Origin: Proteromonas lacertae
Lineage: Eukaryota
Direction of reading: 5' to 3'
Assembly: GCA_002245135.1 (NCBI GenBank)
Contig: NGBS01000631.1
Span: 1-50,174 of the forward strand
DNA: 50,174 bases
The translations under genes were made by a program, and so were the position numbers. Within the stretch, counting starts at the first letter, position 1. Each line of letters starts with the position of its first letter. Below, piece after piece: positions 45,032 to 50,174 of this stretch. The notes under the pieces are model-generated. The model was not told the DNA's origin. It was given only the letters and a program-made list of their open reading frames with translations, and ran no database searches.

Positions 45032-46012
45032 TTATATAAAAAATAGACATCGTTTATTCATAATATCATTACTTAAATTGAAAATCTTATTATTGTGACG
45101 AAATTTTGATTTTTTTACTTTGATGTATAAATTTTGATTTGTTTCAATAATGCCTTTAAAATTATAGAAATTCTTTATTTGTTTTATAGCAGTTGATCTA
45201 CTATTTGTTATGACTGTTGAATTGCCTATAATTGATATTTTATGATAAGCTGCAGATATATCGCTACATGCACACAATGAAGGTTTTTCATTTGTAGATT
45301 TAGGAAAAGGGCATTTAGGTACTTTAGTTTTAATTTTATAATATTTTCTCAAAACAACACTAATCCATAAATCTTCACAATTTATTAATGTTGGTGAAGG
45401 ATGTTGCCAAGCTAATCTTAACCATTCTATTTTTCCTGCCCATATATGACCTCCAAAATCATATTCTAAATCCTCTTCCCATGTAACAAATCCTCTAATA
45501 AATTTGTCTGTAGATAATTCCTCATAATTTTTAGTGATGTATCTACCATTTCTAGTAGCAAGATATCCATCATTTACTACTCTTATCATATTTTCGAAAT
45601 ATTTAGAACCAAAAATAATATCATCATCACATATAATAAAATAAGAAATGGAACTGTCACATGTTAAAGGAACTAAAAATCTCCCATAATAACCTGTTTC
45701 AAATATAGTATTGATAAGATTAATATGCAAGTTTTTATTTTTTCTATTCCACTCAACTATTATTTGATTAATACTTAAATGATTAGAATTTTGATAAACA
45801 ATAATAGTTACATTCATACTCCTCATAATAGTTTGATGTTTTATTATATTGAGTTGCATTAACAAATTATTTCTCTTCCACACAGTAAGTATAATTGCTA
45901 TTGATTTCTTTTTACTATTATATATATTATTTTCTATATTTAATACTTTCTCTCTAATGTATTTGACCAATATAATTAATAAAATAATTACTATAATATA
46001 ATATAAATTCAT
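45032..46012 (-). CDS. Putative GT-A (GT2-like) glycosyltransferase
   Basis: TM anchor; ILTVWKR, YYGRF, ICDDDIIFG, CEDLWIS. Confidence 0.7.
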   Translation of the reverse strand: MNLYYIIVIILLIILVKYIREKVLNIENNIYNSKKKSIAIILTVWKRNNLLMQLNIIKHQTIMRSMNVTIIVYQNSNHLSINQIIVEWNRKNKNLHINLINTIFETGYYGRFLVPLTCDSSISYFIICDDDIIFGSKYFENMIRVVNDGYLATRNGRYITKNYEELSTDKFIRGFVTWEEDLEYDFGGHIWAGKIEWLRLAWQHPSPTLINCEDLWISVVLRKYYKIKTKVPKCPFPKSTNEKPSLCACSDISAAYHKISIIGNSTVITNSRSTAIKQIKNFYNFKGIIETNQNLYIKVKKSKFRHNNKIFNLSNDIMNKRCLFFI

Positions 46013-46060
46013 TATGTTTATGATTAAATCAAATGTTTTGTGAATTATATTGTTGAAATA

Positions 46061-46330
46061 ATGAAATCTTTTACCTACTTCATATTATTTTTATCACTAT
46101 TCTCAATTTCTATCATACGTTTATATACAGCTACAACACAGAATAGATGTAATTGGGATATAAACTACCCAACAATGAAATATGACTATAATAGAAAAAG
46201 CGAATGTAATGATGTGCTTCATTTTCTTAGAACAATAAATGTAACTTATTTTTTTGGTGAAGGAAGTGCTTTAGCTGCATATAGGAACCACGGTGTGATA
46301 AAAAAAGATCATGATTATGATACAAGCATT
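46061..46330 (+). pseudogene. Truncated LicD-family phosphotransferase
   Basis: YFFGEGSALAAYRNHGVIKKDHDYD matches the LicD GT/SxLGAxRxxGxIPWDxDxD motif; sequence switches to an unrelated gene right after it. Confidence 0.7.
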
Positions 46331-48495
46331 CAACGAATGGAAAGGAATAATTCAACATAATAAACAACTGAAGAATCATTTACAAATATTATTTTCAAGG
46401 CAATTTCGTGATCCAAAACAGATTATTTTAAGAGTATTTAAAGCATGGAAGGAGATTATAATCACAAAGAAATCAAAAGCAAGTCAATACAATTATGAAG
46501 CATTAGTTAAATATAAAGATGACACTATTAATAATATCGAATTAACAAAAAGTAAATTGATTGAATTGAAAGAGGACTTAGAAGATTATTTAAAACAAAA
46601 ACAATTAATTGATTATGAATATGAAAGAGTATCTAGTAAGATTGATATTAGACCAAATCAGTTTTATTGTGATGATAAATCAATCTATGGTGTAACGGGT
46701 AGTTTTTATATTCATTGAGACATACTCGTCATGCATTAATAACAGTTACACCAATATTATCAAGACATTATGGTAATATAAATCCAATTAAGCCATCTAA
46801 TTATGTATATATATTTATATATATATATATGAATAGCCAAATTCTGATTCTTATAATATAAATGAATTATTATGCAATTGGTATAAGTATTTAACTGGAG
46901 GAGAATTGAATGATTTAAGTGAATTAGCTGATGAAAGAGATTATTTAAAGTTATTAGCTTCAATATTAATGCACACAGAATCAGTAGATACTTCTGATGG
47001 TTATAAGTATTTATTAAATAAAACTTTAGTTCATGAAAAGAGTATATTTTTATTTTTATTATTGTAATTATTATTATATTATTAAATAGATACTGATAGT
47101 GTTTGGGAAGATGTGAATAATAGTAATATTGCATTTAATGTATGTAAATATATATATATAATGTAATAGTATACTTTATTATCATCATTGTTTTTATCAA
47201 AACCATATTTACCTTCTTCATTAGCTCCATATCGAACAGTACAGTCACATTTCAAACAATTACAGAAAGTAGAGTATGTTATTATTACAATATTATTATT
47301 ATAAATAGTAAAATAACAACATATTCAGATGAAAATCTTTCTAAAGAACATAATGAAACTACTCAAGCTTTGAATCAAACTATCCCCTATATATCTTCAA
47401 TGATGGATTTAATACAGAATAATGTGAATGATTCAAATAAAATAAGTGAATGTCTATTTGGAGAATGTTGGAAAAAATCAATAGAAGTTTCAAAAAATAT
47501 CCGTTTTCTTCTGATATATTAAATGAATTTGATGCATCAATGTATGGATTGGATATACCAAAGTCAATATTATGTGAGAGAAGCTTTACAGTTTTAAATC
47601 TATTTACTTCATTTTTAAGAGATAATTCATTATGTATTAATGAATATTGGTTTATTATTAAACATTTGAGATTAATAAGTAAAATATCTGAAACTGCACT
47701 ATTTGAATTGTTATTATATAACGTTGGAATTAATAAGAAGATTGTAGAGAAACTAAATCACATGAATTGTATATATAATAATAAATAAATATTAATATGT
47801 TTATAGTGATACAATTGAACCAACCAAATTATTGTTGATATTTTTAAAGACATTAGAAATGATTGAACCAAACATATCTGTTGGAACTTTATTTTGTATA
47901 TTATTATTATTATTATTATATATTTTGTATTATATGAATAGCCCAAGAAATGAAAGAATCAATAATTCCTTTTACATCAAAACAGATTCTATCATTACAA
48001 GATAAACATCATCCCAAATATTATTGTAAAGAAGTACAATATAAATATCACGATTCTCTATTACTTTTATGGAATCAATACTCAACATATAAAAAAGAAA
48101 TTGATATAAGAGTATTAGAAAAGGAGAGTTGGGAAAAATTGGGAAATGATAATCATTTAATCAATGATAGTTATAAACTAGAAGATCATAATCATATATG
48201 GTTAGAAGTTCAACATACACTACCAATGAAAGGTGAAATTATTTTATCAATGTTATATCCTGAGTTTGTAGAGAGTATAATAGTTTTAGCTTTACATCAA
48301 ATTCGTGATCCATTTAGAAGTGTAATTGATATAACAGGAGTATTTTTAAGTAGTTTGTTAAGTTCAGGTTCTACATCGTTTATAAAGAAGAGATCAGTAT
48401 CTCCAAGAGAATCATATATAATTGAAGATGCTGTTGTAGAAGAAGGTAGTACAATTTCAATAAACATATGGATGAAACTGATGGAAGAAGAATGA
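46322..48495 (+). CDS. 3' part of an intron-containing host gene of unknown function
   Basis: Coding-like blocks (46311..46718 with AFNEWK/VFKAWK and a coiled coil, 47450..47788, 47950..48495) separated by short AT-rich GT..AG stretches such as 47274-47308. Exon structure not resolved. Confidence 0.45.
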
Positions 48496-48619
48496 GTAAA
48501 ATGATTGTTCATAATGAGAGTCAATTAATACAAACCTGATTTCTAATTCTTTATTTATTAGTTATATTATATTTAATTTATTTTGAAAAAAAAAAACAAT
48601 ATATAATAAATAATAATAT

Positions 48620-50174
48620 TTAGAATAAAAATTCTTCATCTTTTCCTAATTTCTTCTTTTTATTTGTTTCAGTTTTATCATCATCTGATGATGTATAATC
48701 ATTCTCTTCATCTTCATCAGTCAATTTCTTTTTCTGTTAATACATCATCTTCTTCATCTGTTAATATTTCTTCTTTTGTTGTAGTTGTAGTTGCTGTAGG
48801 TGTTGTTTTAGTATCTTCCTTTTCAGTAGTATGATCATTCTCTTCATCTGTAATTATCTGCTCTTTTGTTATTGATTCTTCTTCTGTTGTGATTCCTTCT
48901 TCATTTGTTGCTATTTCTGTATGATCAATTTCTTCTGTTCTTTCTGTTTCAACTGTTTCTGTTGGTTCAGTAGTAGGAATTTCTGTTGTTGGAGGAATTG
49001 TAGTTGGATAAGGAGGTAAAGGAGTTGTTGGTTCTTCAGTTGGTTCATCTTCAACATCAGAGTTGATGGTGGTAGTAAATGATCATTTGTATTAGAAACA
49101 GTAACAACTAATTCTTTACCATTACATTCATTCTTTGCATCACACATTCTATTACATGATTTGTAACTTCCATATAAATTCTCACAATACACACGAATAT
49201 ACCATATTCCATCATATGGTAAATCAAATATACCTGTTACTTTCATCGTACTTTTATCTACAGGTATAAATCTAGTAATATTTGGATTAATAAAATCAGG
49301 AGATATTGAATATTCAACTATATATGATAATATAACACTACCACCATCAGCTATTCCATTCGTAAAACTAGATTCTATTGGACAATTTTCAGCATTACTC
49401 TTACCACTACACCATATTCCATGATAAGGTATAACTGGTGGTTTTATTGACATTCTTAATGTATTTCTTGATAAAGATATTTCAGATATTAATGGTTTAC
49501 CTGGTGGAACTAATCTTGTTCTATAACCATTATCACTAACATAATATTCACTTTCACCTAAATCATTCTTTGCACATGCTCTAATATAATATTCTTCACT
49601 TTCTTTCAGTTTTGTAATTGTTATTGATGATGTGATAGCTATTTTATAAGAATATCTCATTGGTGATGTAAATTCTTCATCTGTTGATATTTCTATCACA
49701 TATTCATCAATTCTTTCATTTCTCAATGGTAATGGTATGGATATTGTAAGTGAATTTGAACTAGTAATTCCAACTTCTATTGATTCAGGTTTACTTGGTA
49801 ATCCATATACTGAAATATCTTTTGAAGTTGATGGTACACTCCAACCACCGATATTATTCACACTTGTTAATCGAACATAATATGTTTCACATTCTATTAA
49901 ACCACTAATCTCTATTGATAATGATGAGTCTTGCAATAATCTTGAATTACTATTAATATCTACTCTCTTTACTATTTCACTATACAATATTCTATTATCA
50001 ATAACTGTTCCTTTTGGATTAGAGTTAAATTCAACAGATCTATCACATTCAATAATATAATAATCAGCTGATAAATCAGGAATAATGCAACTAAGATTTC
50101 ACTTGCTGATAAAGGTGTAACTGTAAAACTATTTACTGTCTGTGGATATATTGTAGGTTTAAATGGTTCTTTAC
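48620..50174 (-). pseudogene. C-terminus of the giant FN3 protein: FN3 domains plus T/E/P-rich mucin-like tail
   Basis: ORF 48911..49987 has FN3 motifs; a 1-bp shift near 49060 leads into DVEDEPTEEPTTPLPPYPTTIPPTTE..., ending near 48620. Confidence 0.8.
49936..50174. repeat. Terminal direct repeat, copy 2
   Basis: Matches 1-240, lacking one A. Confidence 0.95.

Noticed and set aside
27170..46330. Bacterial contaminant operon
   Set aside because: Mixed gene orientation, type II membrane anchors, eukaryote-type GT15/GT31 and a GT-AG intron argue for a eukaryotic context.
513..48524. Short antisense or overlapping ORFs in the track (e.g. 513..728, 3373..3588, 4747..4968, 7052..7312, 7381..7710, 11645..11914, 16246..16476, 16545..16862, 20936..21265, 24944..25201, 40736..41038, 46760..47134, 48297..48524)
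   Set aside because: They are shadows of better-supported genes on the other strand or frame, with low-complexity translations and no motifs.

Overview
Very AT-rich eukaryotic (protist-like) DNA with tiny GT-AG introns. Bases 1-240 recur at 49936-50174, so the window is either a circular contig or one unit of a ~49.9 kb tandem array. A giant minus-strand fibronectin type III (FN3) surface-protein gene runs from ~17842 to 1 and continues across that junction to ~48620. It is interrupted by a GC-richer element of exactly 8800 bp (4063-12862) with a 6-bp target-site duplication (TSD, CATTAC), terminal inverted repeats (TIRs) and hairpin ends. This element encodes a Polinton-like-virus/virophage-type minor and major capsid protein plus about 8 orphan proteins, but I can see no polymerase, integrase, packaging ATPase or protease. 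It looks like a capsid-only satellite endogenous virus, damaged by six in-frame stops that each fit a single C>T change. The 18-27 kb stretch holds mobile-element debris: a related viral remnant, a Polinton-type DNA polymerase relic, a TIR element carrying a Ulp1-like protease, a MITE-like element and a Hydin-like fragment. From 27.2 to 46.3 kb lies a tightly packed island of about 18 glycan synthesis and modification genes (GT15, GT61, GT31, GT2, GT-D, fucosyltransferase, 3 OafA-SGNH acetyltransferases, FkbM, UDP-GlcNAc 2-epimerase, LicD). All protein family calls come from motif recognition by eye, not database searches.
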